The notes: a model not told the origin generated them from the sequence alone. Shown: positions 1 to 10,420, numbered from the stretch's first letter. The stretch: DNA of 64,000 nt from Planctomycetota bacterium (GCA_965223845.1 CBDCXR010000004.1:128001-192000), one strand, 5' to 3'. Made by a program: numbers and translations.

Positions 1-2
1 TC

Positions 3-797
3 AGCGTCGACGAACGCACGAAGCGATCGGGAGACTCCTTTCGTGACTACCGCGCAGAGGCGCGAGACACGGTGAAGGAGTTCTATCGGCTGAATCACGC
101 GTATCAGTGCGTGGAGTTTGTGCGCGAGAAGAAGAAACAGTTTCTCGGGCTCGATCGGCGGGAGATGGGAGTGTGGGAGGCGATGGAGTTCCTCAACACG
201 CTCGTCGACGATAGTGACCCCGACACTGAACTTTCGCAGCTCGAGCATCTCCTCCAAACCGCGGAAGCGATCCGAGCGGACGGTCACCCGCGGTGGTTCA
301 TCCTGACGGGACTGATTCACGACCTCGGAAAGATCCTCTGTCTCTTCGGTGAGCCGCAGTGGGCGGTCGTCGGCGATACCTTTCCCGTCGGGTGCCGGTT
401 CTCCGAGAAGATCGTGTTTCCCGAGTTCTTCGCCGCGAATCCGGACGCGAGCGTTCCGGAGTACCAGACGCCGCTCGGAATCTACGAGGAAAATGCCGGC
501 CTCGATTCCGTCGAGCTGTCTTGGGGCCACGACGAGTATCTCTACCACGTTGTGAGGGACCATCTCCCCGAACCGGCGCTCTACATGGTTCGCTACCACT
601 CGTTCTATCCGTGCCACCGGGAACGCGAGTACGAGTACCTGATGAACGAGCGCGACAAGGAGATGTTTGAATGGGTTCGGGCGTTCAACCCCTACGATCT
701 CTACTCCAAGGACGAAGACCGTCCGCCAGTCGACGAGCTGCGCCCGTACTACGAAGAGCTCATCGACGAGTTTTTTCCCGCGAAGCTCAGCTGGTGA
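3..797 (+). CDS. miox: myo-inositol oxygenase (MIOX, HD-fold di-iron), 5' end probably outside the window
   Basis: Frame is open from base 3 (…[16 protein letters not shown]). Motifs [60 protein letters not shown]. Confidence 0.92.
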   Translation, partial: SVDERTKRSGDSFRDYRAEARDTVKEFYRLNHAYQCVEFVREKKKQFLGLDRREMGVWEAMEFLNTLVDDSDPDTELSQLEHLLQTAEAIRADGHPRWFILTGLIHDLGKILCLFGEPQWAVVGDTFPVGCRFSEKIVFPEFFAANPDASVPEYQTPLGIYEENAGLDSVELSWGHDEYLYHVVRDHLPEPALYMVRYHSFYPCHREREYEYLMNERDKEMFEWVRAFNPYDLYSKDEDRPPVDELRPYYEELIDEFFPAKLSW

Positions 798-1426
798 ACG
801 ACGTGAGTTCTGCGAAGCTAACTCGATTCCGGTCGTCGTCGCTCGTGCGGACCATCGTTCGGGCCGTCAGTGCCGTCATCGTTTCGCTTTCTCTTCTCCA
901 TTCCTCGAGCGCCGTCCGTGCCGAGGACGACGATCCGAAGGATCGCGCCGAGCTTCTTGAGAAAACGCTGCGGCGTCACGTCAAGGAGCCGCGGGCGCTC
1001 TCCGTACTTCACGGCGTCTCGTGGCGTCACGCGTCCGAGCGGACGCGACGAATCGTTCGCCGGTTGCTCACGAGAAAGATCGATGTCGAGTTCGATCATA
1101 CTTCCGCGGATGAAGCGCTCCGGACATTGCGCGAAGTGTGTGGCGTACCGATTCTCGTGAGCGCGAAAGCGAAGAAACAACTCGCGGAGGAGACGCCCGT
1201 CGTCCGCATGAAGCTCGAGAAGCTTCGCGCTCACAACGTGCTCAACCTCGTCGCGACGCACCTAGGGGACGTTCACTTCCGCGTTCGGTACGGGGCGGTG
1301 ATTCTCGCCGCCACGAGCGAGTATCGTCCCCGTCGCGTCTCGCGCGTGCTCGACGTTCGGGATTTGGTCCGCCGGCGCCCCGATTTCAAGGCGCCGCGTC
1401 TCGGGTTAGGGGGGACCGAGGAGTAG
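794..1426 (+). CDS. exported hypothetical protein with a secretin-N/STN-like domain
   Basis: GTG overlaps the MIOX stop (GTGA). Signal-peptide-like N-terminus, then [28 protein letters not shown]…VLDVRDLV…PDFKAPRL, which resembles secretin N-terminal domains. Confidence 0.6.
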   Translation: MNDVSSAKLTRFRSSSLVRTIVRAVSAVIVSLSLLHSSSAVRAEDDDPKDRAELLEKTLRRHVKEPRALSVLHGVSWRHASERTRRIVRRLLTRKIDVEFDHTSADEALRTLREVCGVPILVSAKAKKQLAEETPVVRMKLEKLRAHNVLNLVATHLGDVHFRVRYGAVILAATSEYRPRRVSRVLDVRDLVRRRPDFKAPRLGLGGTEE

Positions 1427-1581
1427 CCCCCCGACGAGTCCCGGTTCTTTGGCGCGCCGCCGCCGGGGCCGAGAATCGCCGCCCGCAACTTGATCGAGCG
1501 CGTTCTTCGGGTCACGATGGTGTCGAGTCATCGCGACGGACACGGGGAAGGCTCCGGGTCCGAGTTCGGAGAGGATGGTGC

Positions 1582-4500
1582 ATGAACCCCAGTGCGAAAG
1601 GCCGTCGCGGCGCGTTCGTCGGTTTCGCGATCGTGGTCGTTGTTTGCGTAGCACCCGTTCTCTCTGCGCAGGTGGTCATCAACGAGCTGCTTGCTGAGAA
1701 CTTCGACAACCTCGCCGACGAAGACGGTGACTTCACCGATTGGCTCGAGCTCTATTTGGACGGCGACGTGCCGGTGTCGCTCGACGGGTACTCGCTCACC
1801 GACGATCCCGATCTCACCTCGAACTGGGCGCTCCCCGCGGTAGAGCTTCAACCGGGCGAGCGACTCCTCGTGTTCATGTCGGGGAAGGATCGATTCGTTC
1901 CACCGCCCGGTTCGTTCGGAGGGAACGCCGTCAGCGGGTTCCAGCCGAACTACATAAAGGAAGGCGACACCTGGCGGTACCTCGTGGGCGTTCCGGGTGA
2001 GCCCGGACCGCCGGACGGGTGGTACGAGCGCGACTTCGACGACGGCGGGTGGGACTCTGGCGAAAGTGGATTCGGGTACGACGACGGCGACGACGAGACG
2101 ATCGTTCCGGACGACACACCCGTCGTCTTCACGCGCCGGCGGTTCGTCGTCGAGGATCCGCGCACGATCACGAATCTCATTCTCCGCGTCGACTTCGACG
2201 ACGGCTTCATCGCGTATCTGAACGGAATTCGCGTCGGCGAGCATGGCGCGCCCGCCGGCGATCCGACGTTCGATTCTCGCGCGACTGGGAAGCACGAGGC
2301 CGGGACGCCGGAGTTCATCGACCTCGGCGCTCACCTCGGCTCGCTCGTCGCGGGGGAGAACGTCCTCGCCGTCGCGGGTCTCAACGACACACCGTCGAGC
2401 GATATGTCGCTCATTGTCGAGCTCGGTCAGGTGCCGACGTACGTGCACGCGAGCTTCGAGCTCAACAAGGACGGCGAGACGGTCGCACTGATCTCTCCCG
2501 GCGGTGAGGTCGTCGACTCGGTCGATTTTCCGGTGCAGACGCGCGACCACTCGTACGGTCGAGTCGGCGATGGTGGGGCGGAGTGGGGCTACTTCGTGAC
2601 ACCGACGCCGGACGCACCAAACGGGACGATCTTCGAGATCGACCCGATTCCGGACGAAGTCTTGATCACGCCCGGTACCGGCGTCTACGCCGGCGACGTC
2701 GACGTCGTTCTCGCGGCGAACCTGCCCGGTGAGCTCGATATTCGTTACACGACGAATGGTGAAGCGCCGACGGCGTCGAGTCGGCTCTACACGAGCGCGA
2801 TTTCGATCGATGACGAGCAGCTCATCAGCGCCGCCGGGTTCCGCGGGTCGACGCGGGTGACTCCCGTCGCCTACGCGAACTACTTTTTCGGCCACGATTT
2901 CGAGCTGCCGATCATGGCCATCACCATGGACCCGGACGACTACAACACCGTCCACACATCGGGCGGCGCGCGCGGGCGGTCATCCGAACGACGCGCTCAC
3001 ATGGAGTACCTCATCGACGACGAGGTCGCGTTCGGTACTGATTTCGGAATGCGACTCCACGGCGGTGCATCCCGCGGTGGCGACATCAACACGAAGAAGT
3101 CCTACAAGGCCTATTTTCGCGGGATCTACGGCGACAAGAAACTCGACTACCCGATCATCCCCGCGACGGCGATCGACAAGTTCGACAAGCTCGTCTTGCG
3201 CGCCGGATTCAATGACGGCTTTCGGGGAAACGGACGCGCGGCGTACGTGCGCGATCAGGTCATTCGCGACATCCACGAGGATATGGGGATGATCGTCTCG
3301 CATGGCTCGTGGTGCAATTTGTTCGTCAATATGCGCTTCCGCGGGCTCTTCAACATCGTCGAACGAATGGACGAGGAGTTCCTCGAGCCGTATACCGGCG
3401 ACTCCGAATGGGACGTGATCAAGACGGGGAACGATGTGCTCGTCGGGACGATCGACGAGTGGCGCCGCGTCCGCAACTTCGTCGTCGACGGCGACATGAG
3501 CGACTCCGCGCTGTTCGTCCAGGCCCTCCGGATGATCGACATCGAGAACTTTACTTCGTACATGCTTCTCAATATCTGGGCTCAGAACCACGACTGGCCG
3601 CACAACAATTGGTACGCAGCGCGGCCGCGGCGGCCGGACGGAAAGTGGATCTTTCTCAGCTGGGACGCAGAGTTCGGCATCGGTCTCATCCCATCTGGTT
3701 ACAGCGAGGACACCTTCGAATTCGTGTTCACGCGAAGCGGCTACCTCCGCGACATCTTGAACGGACTCCTGGCAAACGCCGACTACCGTCGCTACTTCGT
3801 CAATGAAGCCGATCGACACCGCTACGAAGCGCTCTCCCCGGAGCGAGTCCTCGGTCACATCGACCATCACGCCGACGCGATTCGGGACGACATCAACGAG
3901 GAGGCCGAACTCTTTTCTCGGTCCACTTCGTCGTGGGAGTCGAACATTCGCGGCTGCGAGGAGTTCGCGCGGAGACGGGGACCGATTTTCTTCAATGACA
4001 TCCAGAACAGCGGCCGTTTCAATTTCCCGGGCGTAACGGTTCCTCGAGTCACGTCGGTCAGTCCCGAGTCGGTTCTCGTGACCGGCACGGAGACGGTCAC
4101 TCTCATCGGGACTCGCCTCGAAGCGGCGACGCGCGTCTTCTTCAACGGTACGCTCGCGAGCGAGCAGTCGTTCGGTCTCGGACGCCTTACGGTGACCGTA
4201 CCGTTCGATCTTTCGCTCGACGGGCCGGTGACGGTGACGGTGCAGCATCCGGCGACGCAGGAATCTTCGGACGCGCCCATGCTCCTCGATGTCTCCTTCC
4301 CGCGCCCCGTGGCGACCCAAGTCGTGCCTGCCGCCGGGTCGAGCGGCGGCGGCGAGGTCGTGCAGATCTCGGGGCAACTCTTCTGGCCGGGAATCGAAGT
4401 GCACTTCGGCGACGTTCCCGCCGAGAGGGTCGAAATCCTTTCCGTCGACCCGTACCTCCTCGAGGTCGTGACGCCGCCCGGTCAGGGCACGGTCGACGTG

Positions 4501-4854
4501 ACTCTACGAAACAAGCTTCCCGGCGGGGCCGTTCCGGCGGAACACTCACTCACCTATCGCTACGTCGACGGAGGCTTCATGCGCGGCGATGCGAACGGCG
4601 ACGCGGACGTCGATATCTCCGACCCGATCGGGATTCTGAATGGACTCTTCACCGCGGATGGAGAGATCCTTTGCGACGACGCGGCCGACGCGAACGACTC
4701 GGGATTGGTCGACGTCTCCGACGCGATCTACCTCTTCGGTTTCCTCTTCGGGGGAATCGAGGAATTGCCGGCTCCGCAGGGCTTCTGCGCGAACGACCCG
4801 ACCGCGGATGGGCTCGGCTGTGGTTTCGCCGGGAGCTGCGCGGCTGCGAACTAG
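1582..4854 (+). CDS. secreted CotH-kinase family protein with lamin-tail, Fn3-like, IPT/TIG and C-terminal dockerin-like domains
   Basis: ATG 1582 after GGAGAGG, signal peptide. VVINELLAEN…DEDGDFTDWLEL (LTD), IRYTTNGEAPT, MRLHGGASRG…KKSYK, NHDWPHNNW…W.FLSWDAEFG (CotH), two IPT repeats, FMRGDANGD…DAADANDSG. Confidence 0.88.
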   Translation: MNPSAKGRRGAFVGFAIVVVVCVAPVLSAQVVINELLAENFDNLADEDGDFTDWLELYLDGDVPVSLDGYSLTDDPDLTSNWALPAVELQPGERLLVFMSGKDRFVPPPGSFGGNAVSGFQPNYIKEGDTWRYLVGVPGEPGPPDGWYERDFDDGGWDSGESGFGYDDGDDETIVPDDTPVVFTRRRFVVEDPRTITNLILRVDFDDGFIAYLNGIRVGEHGAPAGDPTFDSRATGKHEAGTPEFIDLGAHLGSLVAGENVLAVAGLNDTPSSDMSLIVELGQVPTYVHASFELNKDGETVALISPGGEVVDSVDFPVQTRDHSYGRVGDGGAEWGYFVTPTPDAPNGTIFEIDPIPDEVLITPGTGVYAGDVDVVLAANLPGELDIRYTTNGEAPTASSRLYTSAISIDDEQLISAAGFRGSTRVTPVAYANYFFGHDFELPIMAITMDPDDYNTVHTSGGARGRSSERRAHMEYLIDDEVAFGTDFGMRLHGGASRGGDINTKKSYKAYFRGIYGDKKLDYPIIPATAIDKFDKLVLRAGFNDGFRGNGRAAYVRDQVIRDIHEDMGMIVSHGSWCNLFVNMRFRGLFNIVERMDEEFLEPYTGDSEWDVIKTGNDVLVGTIDEWRRVRNFVVDGDMSDSALFVQALRMIDIENFTSYMLLNIWAQNHDWPHNNWYAARPRRPDGKWIFLSWDAEFGIGLIPSGYSEDTFEFVFTRSGYLRDILNGLLANADYRRYFVNEADRHRYEALSPERVLGHIDHHADAIRDDINEEAELFSRSTSSWESNIRGCEEFARRRGPIFFNDIQNSGRFNFPGVTVPRVTSVSPESVLVTGTETVTLIGTRLEAATRVFFNGTLASEQSFGLGRLTVTVPFDLSLDGPVTVTVQHPATQESSDAPMLLDVSFPRPVATQVVPAAGSSGGGEVVQISGQLFWPGIEVHFGDVPAERVEILSVDPYLLEVVTPPGQGTVDVTLRNKLPGGAVPAEHSLTYRYVDGGFMRGDANGDADVDISDPIGILNGLFTADGEILCDDAADANDSGLVDVSDAIYLFGFLFGGIEELPAPQGFCANDPTADGLGCGFAGSCAAAN

Positions 4855-4920
4855 AGCCGGACGAGCGTAGCGCGCTTGCCCGAAAGTTGCTCCGAGTTCG
4901 TCCCGATTGACACTCCGCTC

Positions 4921-6543
4921 TTACCGGACCTTCAGCGAGCGGCGAAGGTCGGCATACGACATCGGTTTCCCCTCCGCGGCTTGAAACGAAGTTTCTACGC
5001 GACCGTTGTCGTCGGCGGACGGGCCGGAATTCAGCCACGACTTCCATCTCGAGCGCGCCCGCTCGACGGTCGCCGCCCACTCTTCCTCGGAGACCGACTC
5101 GGGGAAACCTTGACGGAACTTGGCAACGTGCGCCAGTCCTCGCTGGTCGCCCAGGATTCCGTACGCTACGTACGAATCGTCGAACTCCTTTGTTTCGTTC
5201 AGCGAGAGGTACGGCACGCCCCCAGCCGCGAACGGACGCACGGCAGATCGGTCTTCGTATTCCGTTGGAACGATCGAGACGTTGATCTGTTCGTGCGGGT
5301 GCGTTCCGAGCTTCAGCTTGGTCGGCTCGAGTGGATACCAGCCGAACCTTGGGACGTACGCTTCGACCAGATAGTGCGTCTGATGTGGACCGAACCAAGT
5401 CGCGTATCCGGCGACGATTCTCGCGGGTATCCCGTTGGCACGGAGGAGGGCTGTCGCGAGGTTTGCGGCGCTCGTGCAGGATCCCGGTAGGTCGAGCGCG
5501 CCTACGGCATCGAGCTCCGCGGGGAAACCAGCACCAGGGCGATAGGAGTTGTAGATTGCTCCAAGCCGGTCCACCGTCTTCTGAAGGATTTCGCGGACGT
5601 CGGAGCTCTCTCCTCGGACGTCGCTCGCGACCTTCCGAATCCGCTCGTGAGTGGACTGACAGCAACGACTGCTCCGAAGCCAAGGACGCACGTCTTCCGG
5701 CCAAGTATCTGGTAGCAGTGCCTCCTTCGGCAGGGCGTCGAATCCTCGTGGCTCGACGAGCACGATCGAAGACCAAATCACTCGCACCGACTCACCAGCC
5801 TCCAGGGTCCGGAGTTTCACTTCCGCGACGTAGTTGCCCGGCTTGTCTTCAAAGACGCGGCAGAGTGAGAGGGCGTCACCGGGGACAGTCGAGAGAGAGA
5901 ACGTGAGCGGGTTCTGTCCCTGATAGGAGAGCGGCATCGGCACGAGTAGTGTCGGGTTCTTCGCGACGCCGCGTGCCTCGACTTCGGTTTCTCCTTTCAC
6001 GTCGTAAAGGGCGTGACGGGAGAACCGATCCGAAACCTGCGCCGAGACGTCGTCGAACCAGACCTCTCCTTTGCCGTGAAGAAGCAGGTTAACCCGGAGA
6101 TAATCCGCCTCCGCCGGAACCTCCGTCGTGAACTCGACTTTCGTCCAGTCGAAGTCTCCGTTGAGGGGTTGGCGAGCCTGCGAGGTCTCGAATCCGACGG
6201 GCTTCGGTCCTTCCCAAACGTCCACGAAGAAGCCTGCGTGCGTCGCGACGCCTTTGCCCTTGACCCACGCGGTGAATCTCAGTCGCTTTCCTTGGGGAGG
6301 ATTCCTGATTCCGCAGCCCCATACCCAGTTTGCTCTCTCGCCTCCGCGAGTCGAGCGGATGCGTAGACCTCCACCCCCAGAGCGGCCGCCTTTCGGCAGC
6401 CATTCGGAGATCACTTGATCCTCTCCCGCAGCGTAGTTCGTCCAGCCATCGAATCCGCTGTCAAAACCGCCGTTCGGAATGAACTCCTGGGGAGTTGCTT
6501 GGCCGAGAAAGAACAGGATGACGCTGGCCGGTAGACTAGCCAT
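4921..6543 (-). CDS. secreted transglutaminase-like protein with N-terminal carbohydrate-binding-like (CBM4/9-type) domain
   Basis: ATG 6543 after GAAAGGAG. IPNGGFDSGFDGW…GEVWFDDVS (CBM-like), GSCTSAANLATALLRANGIPARIVAGY…THYLVEAYVPRFGWYPLEPT (transglutaminase core). Confidence 0.85.
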   Translation of the reverse strand: MASLPASVILFFLGQATPQEFIPNGGFDSGFDGWTNYAAGEDQVISEWLPKGGRSGGGGLRIRSTRGGERANWVWGCGIRNPPQGKRLRFTAWVKGKGVATHAGFFVDVWEGPKPVGFETSQARQPLNGDFDWTKVEFTTEVPAEADYLRVNLLLHGKGEVWFDDVSAQVSDRFSRHALYDVKGETEVEARGVAKNPTLLVPMPLSYQGQNPLTFSLSTVPGDALSLCRVFEDKPGNYVAEVKLRTLEAGESVRVIWSSIVLVEPRGFDALPKEALLPDTWPEDVRPWLRSSRCCQSTHERIRKVASDVRGESSDVREILQKTVDRLGAIYNSYRPGAGFPAELDAVGALDLPGSCTSAANLATALLRANGIPARIVAGYATWFGPHQTHYLVEAYVPRFGWYPLEPTKLKLGTHPHEQINVSIVPTEYEDRSAVRPFAAGGVPYLSLNETKEFDDSYVAYGILGDQRGLAHVAKFRQGFPESVSEEEWAATVERARSRWKSWLNSGPSADDNGRVETSFQAAEGKPMSYADLRRSLKVR

Positions 6544-6853
6544 CGAACTCCTTTCTACGCTTTGACGTCCCACCGTCGCTTGCGTTACTCCAAGACGATC
6601 TTCCGCTGGAGAGGGCGGCGCGTTCGTCTCGTCGTGAGGGGCTGACCTCCGGAATCGATGTACAGCAAGCACCGTTCCCCGACCGAAGGTTCGAGCTAGG
6701 ACGCGGTGGGCGACACCACACGGCGTAATCGTGTTTCAGGCGATGACACGGCTGTTTGATTTACCGACACCCGCGAGTGGAATCGGAGGACCACCGACGA
6801 GAACGCTTCTGTCACGCGGAGACCGGTGGTGGAGACTCGCTCGAGGATCCGGA

Positions 6854-7876
6854 TCACTCCGGGCGGCGGAGCGGCACTGAGCGAGCGAGTTTCCAAATCG
6901 CTTCGGCGTTCTCGACGCCGCCGGTCGTCGTCGGATGCCGGAGGCAGCTCGCGGCGGCGGCGTTGGCGAAACGGAGTGTGTCCGCGAGCTCCCAACTCTC
7001 GTGCAGGCCCGTCAACACTCCGGCGAGAAACGCGTCTCCCGCGCCCGCCGTCCCCCGGACGAATCCGGCGGGAAGATCGTGTGTCGGCTGCCGGGTGACG
7101 TCACGTTCTGCGGTGACCGCGACCGCGAGCTCCGGCGCGTGAACGACGGCGAGACGATGGACGCCGCGAGCGATCAATTCCTGCGCGGCCTCGACCATCG
7201 CGTCTCCGTCGAGGGCATCGCCCTGTCGCACCGTGATTCCGGTCGTTCGCTCGGCTTCGATCTCGTTGATGATGCAGTAGTCCGCGTGCCGGAGTGCGGG
7301 GGGAACGATGCGCCGGAAGCGATCGGAGTCTTCGCTCACGACATCGATCGACGTTCGGATTCCGGCCGCGCGCACGGCGGCGAGGAGACGAGCGGCCCGG
7401 GTGCCGTAGTCGGGATCGGCCGCATCGAGCGCGTCGAGAAGAAGGAGATACCCGAGGTGAAAGATGCGGCTCGGGAGTTGGTCCACCGGGACGTGCTCAG
7501 GGGCGAAGAGGGCGTTCGCCCCCCGGTGATGGAAGAACGTCCGCCGTCCGGTGTCGGTCACCGTCATGACGTCGGTGTACGCGGTCGGAGTTCCGGCAAC
7601 GCGCCGGAGGAGCGTCGCGTCGATTCCCCAGCGCGCGCAGTCGTTCAGGATGAACTCGCCGCCCGAGTCTTCACCGACGAGTCCGACGCCGTGGAGGTCG
7701 AGTCCGACATCGAAGCGCGCGAGGTCGACGAGCACGTTGTACGGCGACCCTCCCGTCCCCGTTTCCTCCGCGATGATGTTCGCGAGCGTATCCTGCGCCG
7801 GCCAAAACGAGATCGTCTTTACGTGATCGATGATCCAGTTGCCGCCGGCGGCGATCCCGCTCCGTTCCGAAGTCAA
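6854..7876 (-). CDS. PfkB/ribokinase-family carbohydrate kinase
   Basis: GTGGSPYNV…GLVGEDSGG, INEIEA, GTAGAGDAFLAG (PfkB signature 2). Confidence 0.93.
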   Translation of the reverse strand: MTSERSGIAAGGNWIIDHVKTISFWPAQDTLANIIAEETGTGGSPYNVLVDLARFDVGLDLHGVGLVGEDSGGEFILNDCARWGIDATLLRRVAGTPTAYTDVMTVTDTGRRTFFHHRGANALFAPEHVPVDQLPSRIFHLGYLLLLDALDAADPDYGTRAARLLAAVRAAGIRTSIDVVSEDSDRFRRIVPPALRHADYCIINEIEAERTTGITVRQGDALDGDAMVEAAQELIARGVHRLAVVHAPELAVAVTAERDVTRQPTHDLPAGFVRGTAGAGDAFLAGVLTGLHESWELADTLRFANAAAASCLRHPTTTGGVENAEAIWKLARSVPLRRPE

Positions 7877-7936
7877 CCGAGTGTCCTCCCGTTCCGTGCC
7901 TCGTCGATCCCGCGTTCGCTGCCCCGGCGCGCGGCG

Positions 7937-9397
7937 TCACGGGTTGGCGACGCCCGCCGTCGTCGGCTCCCGACGGCGCTTCTCGTCTCGTTTTCGCTCG
8001 CGCTTGCGTCCACTCGACGCGTGAGCACGGGCGCGCTGAACTCGATCGCTTGCCGTATCGCTCGTGAGGAGAATCTGAAGATCGGCGACGTTGGTGCCCG
8101 TTCCGCCGGTGATGAAAAGATCACCACTCGCGGCGAAAAACCGGTACGAATCGTTCTCCGCGAGTGCGGCCTCGGGGTCGACTCCCGCCGCGCGACCGCG
8201 GGCGAGCGTTTTGCCGTCGACGATCGCGCCAGCGGCGTCGGTCGGGCCGTCGCGTCCGTCCGTGCCCGCGCTGAGGAACGCCCAAGCGGAACGCGATGCG
8301 CTTCCGCCTGCGCTTCCACCCAGGGCTACCGCGAGCGCGAGTTCCTGATTGCGCCCGCCGCGTCCGCATCCGCGCAGCGTCACGGTCGTCTCCCCTCCCC
8401 CGAGCAGCGCGCGCGATCCCGATCGCTCGTCCTCGAGGGCAGCGACGAATCGACCGGCGGCGTCCCGAGCCTCGCCCACCACGGCGTCGGGGAGCGTCGA
8501 GGTCGTGTAGCCGAGGCTCTCCGCCGCAACGCGTGCGGCTCGGAGACTTCTCCGATTGCTCCCGATGATCTGCGTTCGAACGCGCTGGAGGCGGTCGTCT
8601 CCCAGGGCGAGAGTCTCCTCGATCTCCCCTCGATCTCCGCGGCGCAAGTGTTCGACGACGCTCCGAGGAGCCGTGTCGAGGACGCCGCGACGGGCGAGGA
8701 CGTCGAGCGCATCGGCGAACGTCGTCGAGTCGGGCGTGACGGGGCCGCTCGCGATCGTGCTCTCGTCGTCATCGTACACGTCGGAAACGATGAGCGCTTC
8801 GACCGCGGCGGGCGCCGCGGCTCGCGCGAATCCTCCTCCTTTGAGGCGCGAGAGGTGCTTTCGAACGGTGTTGAGCTCGTGGATCTCCGAGCCCGCGGCG
8901 AGGAGGAGCTCGGTGATTCGCTGTTTGTCGGCCAGCGAAACCCCGGGCGGCGGGGCGGGAAGCAGCGCCGAGCCGCCGCCCGATAGGAGGAGGAGAACGG
9001 CGCTCTCCTCGTCGAGGCCGAGGAGGACCGATTCGATGCGGTCGGCGGCGCGAACGCCGACTTCGTCGGGGATCGGGTGTCCGGCGACGAAGACCTCTGC
9101 GTCGAGATCGAGGAGCTCGGCGCTCGACGCGTTCTCTGAGTTCACGACGGCGATCGGCGGCTGCGCGAACAGCTCGGACGGCAGCGTCGCCATCGCGGCT
9201 TTGACCATCGCGAGCGCCGCTTTGCCGATCGCGATCACACTGAGCGATCCGTCGCGCGACCACGGCGGTCCACCGCCGTTGTGACGTGCGGCGAGCGCAC
9301 TCAGGGCGCGCCTTGTCGCGGCGCCCGGATCGGCGGCGCGGAGGGCGGCAGCGAAGATCGCGCGTGCGTGCTCTCGCAGCGGCTCTCGATCCGTCAT
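7937..9397 (-). CDS. glycerate 2-kinase / MOFRL family (TtuD/GckA-like)
   Basis: IAIGKAA, AGHPIPD, LLSGGGSAL, ELNTVRKHLSRLKGG, IASGP, GGETTV, GRGGRNQE, AGTDGRDGPTDAAGA, TGGTGTNVAD. ATG 9397 after GGAG. Confidence 0.93.
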   Translation of the reverse strand: MTDREPLREHARAIFAAALRAADPGAATRRALSALAARHNGGGPPWSRDGSLSVIAIGKAALAMVKAAMATLPSELFAQPPIAVVNSENASSAELLDLDAEVFVAGHPIPDEVGVRAADRIESVLLGLDEESAVLLLLSGGGSALLPAPPPGVSLADKQRITELLLAAGSEIHELNTVRKHLSRLKGGGFARAAAPAAVEALIVSDVYDDDESTIASGPVTPDSTTFADALDVLARRGVLDTAPRSVVEHLRRGDRGEIEETLALGDDRLQRVRTQIIGSNRRSLRAARVAAESLGYTTSTLPDAVVGEARDAAGRFVAALEDERSGSRALLGGGETTVTLRGCGRGGRNQELALAVALGGSAGGSASRSAWAFLSAGTDGRDGPTDAAGAIVDGKTLARGRAAGVDPEAALAENDSYRFFAASGDLFITGGTGTNVADLQILLTSDTASDRVQRARAHASSGRKRERKRDEKRRREPTTAGVANP

Positions 9398-9416
9398 GGT
9401 CGTCTCTCCAGCCCGA

Positions 9417-10226
9417 CTAACGACCCGCTGCGCGGACGAACTCGCGCGCTCGCGCTGCGTCAACGGGTGCGGAAACGCAGGCGTCCACTTTGATCGCCGT
9501 TCCGACGAGAACGCCGTTCGCGACACCGAGCATCTCCGCGACGTTCTCGGCCGTCGCTCCACTCCCCACGAAGAGCGGGCGATCGGGGACGGCGTCCGCG
9601 ACGCGGCGGAGATCGTCGAGTGACGTCTCGCTGCCGGTCGCCCGTCCACTGACGATCAGACCGTCCGCGAGACCGCGGTAGGCCGTGTCTTTTGCCGCTT
9701 CCGAGATGTCGTAACGCGAAGCGACGGGAGCTCCGTGCTTGACGTCGACGTCGGCAAACACCGCGACGGTGGGGGCGATCGCTTCTCGTTCGCGCATGGT
9801 CTCGGCGGCGCGCCCTTCGATGATTCCCTGGTCCGTGGCGACGGCACCGGTGTGGACGTTGACCCGGATGAAGTTCGCCCTCGCGGCAGCGGCGACGGCG
9901 AGCGCTCCGCGCGCGTCGTTCCGGAGGACATTCACTCCCGCGATCGCGTTCGCGGGTTCGAGCGCGACGGCGACTCGCGTCATCACAGTGAGGACGATCG
10001 GCGGGACCGCGCGCGGAAAGAATGGAACGTCGCCGAAATTCTCGATGACGTAGCCGTCGAACCCCGCGGCGAGCGCCGTTTCCGCATCGCGCTGTGCCCC
10101 GGCGACGATTCGATCGATCCACACCGACGGAGCTCCCTCCGCGTTCGGACTCCCGGGAATCGCCGGAAGGTGAACGACCGCGAGGAGGAGCTTGTGATCC
10201 GAAGTCGATATGGTGAATCGAGACAT
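9417..10226 (-). CDS. btpA: BtpA/SgcQ family TIM-barrel protein
   Basis: VVHLPAIPGSP, IENFGDVPF, GVNVLRND, FIRVNVHTGAVATDQGIIEG, ADVDVKH, ADGLIVSGRATG, VGSG. Confidence 0.9.
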   Translation of the reverse strand: MSRFTISTSDHKLLLAVVHLPAIPGSPNAEGAPSVWIDRIVAGAQRDAETALAAGFDGYVIENFGDVPFFPRAVPPIVLTVMTRVAVALEPANAIAGVNVLRNDARGALAVAAAARANFIRVNVHTGAVATDQGIIEGRAAETMREREAIAPTVAVFADVDVKHGAPVASRYDISEAAKDTAYRGLADGLIVSGRATGSETSLDDLRRVADAVPDRPLFVGSGATAENVAEMLGVANGVLVGTAIKVDACVSAPVDAARAREFVRAAGR

Positions 10227-10420
10227 CGCGCCCACTCTACCAGAGACCGCTCCGTCGAGTCTCACCCCTTCCTCGCTCTAGCGTCTGCCGGGAGCGAGAG
10301 GCTGTGCAGACAATGCCGCGCGTGGTATAGCTACCGGGCGTCGCGGATCGCCGACGGTTTCGCGGCGCGCATGCGGACCGACCTTCTACCCGTTCCACTC
10401 GACGACGCGTTCTACTCTCC

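Noticed and set aside
7937-8060. Basic C-terminal extension of glycerate kinase as a separate functional domain
   Set aside because: It is low-complexity and most simply explained by stop-codon drift in GC-rich sequence.
6935-8986. Long antisense or alternative-frame ORFs (e.g. 6935..8986+, 20223..22514-, 25801..27432+, 50095..51720-)
   Set aside because: They are shadows of well-supported genes on the other strand or frame. Stop codons are scarce in GC-rich DNA, and the translations are Arg-rich with no motifs.
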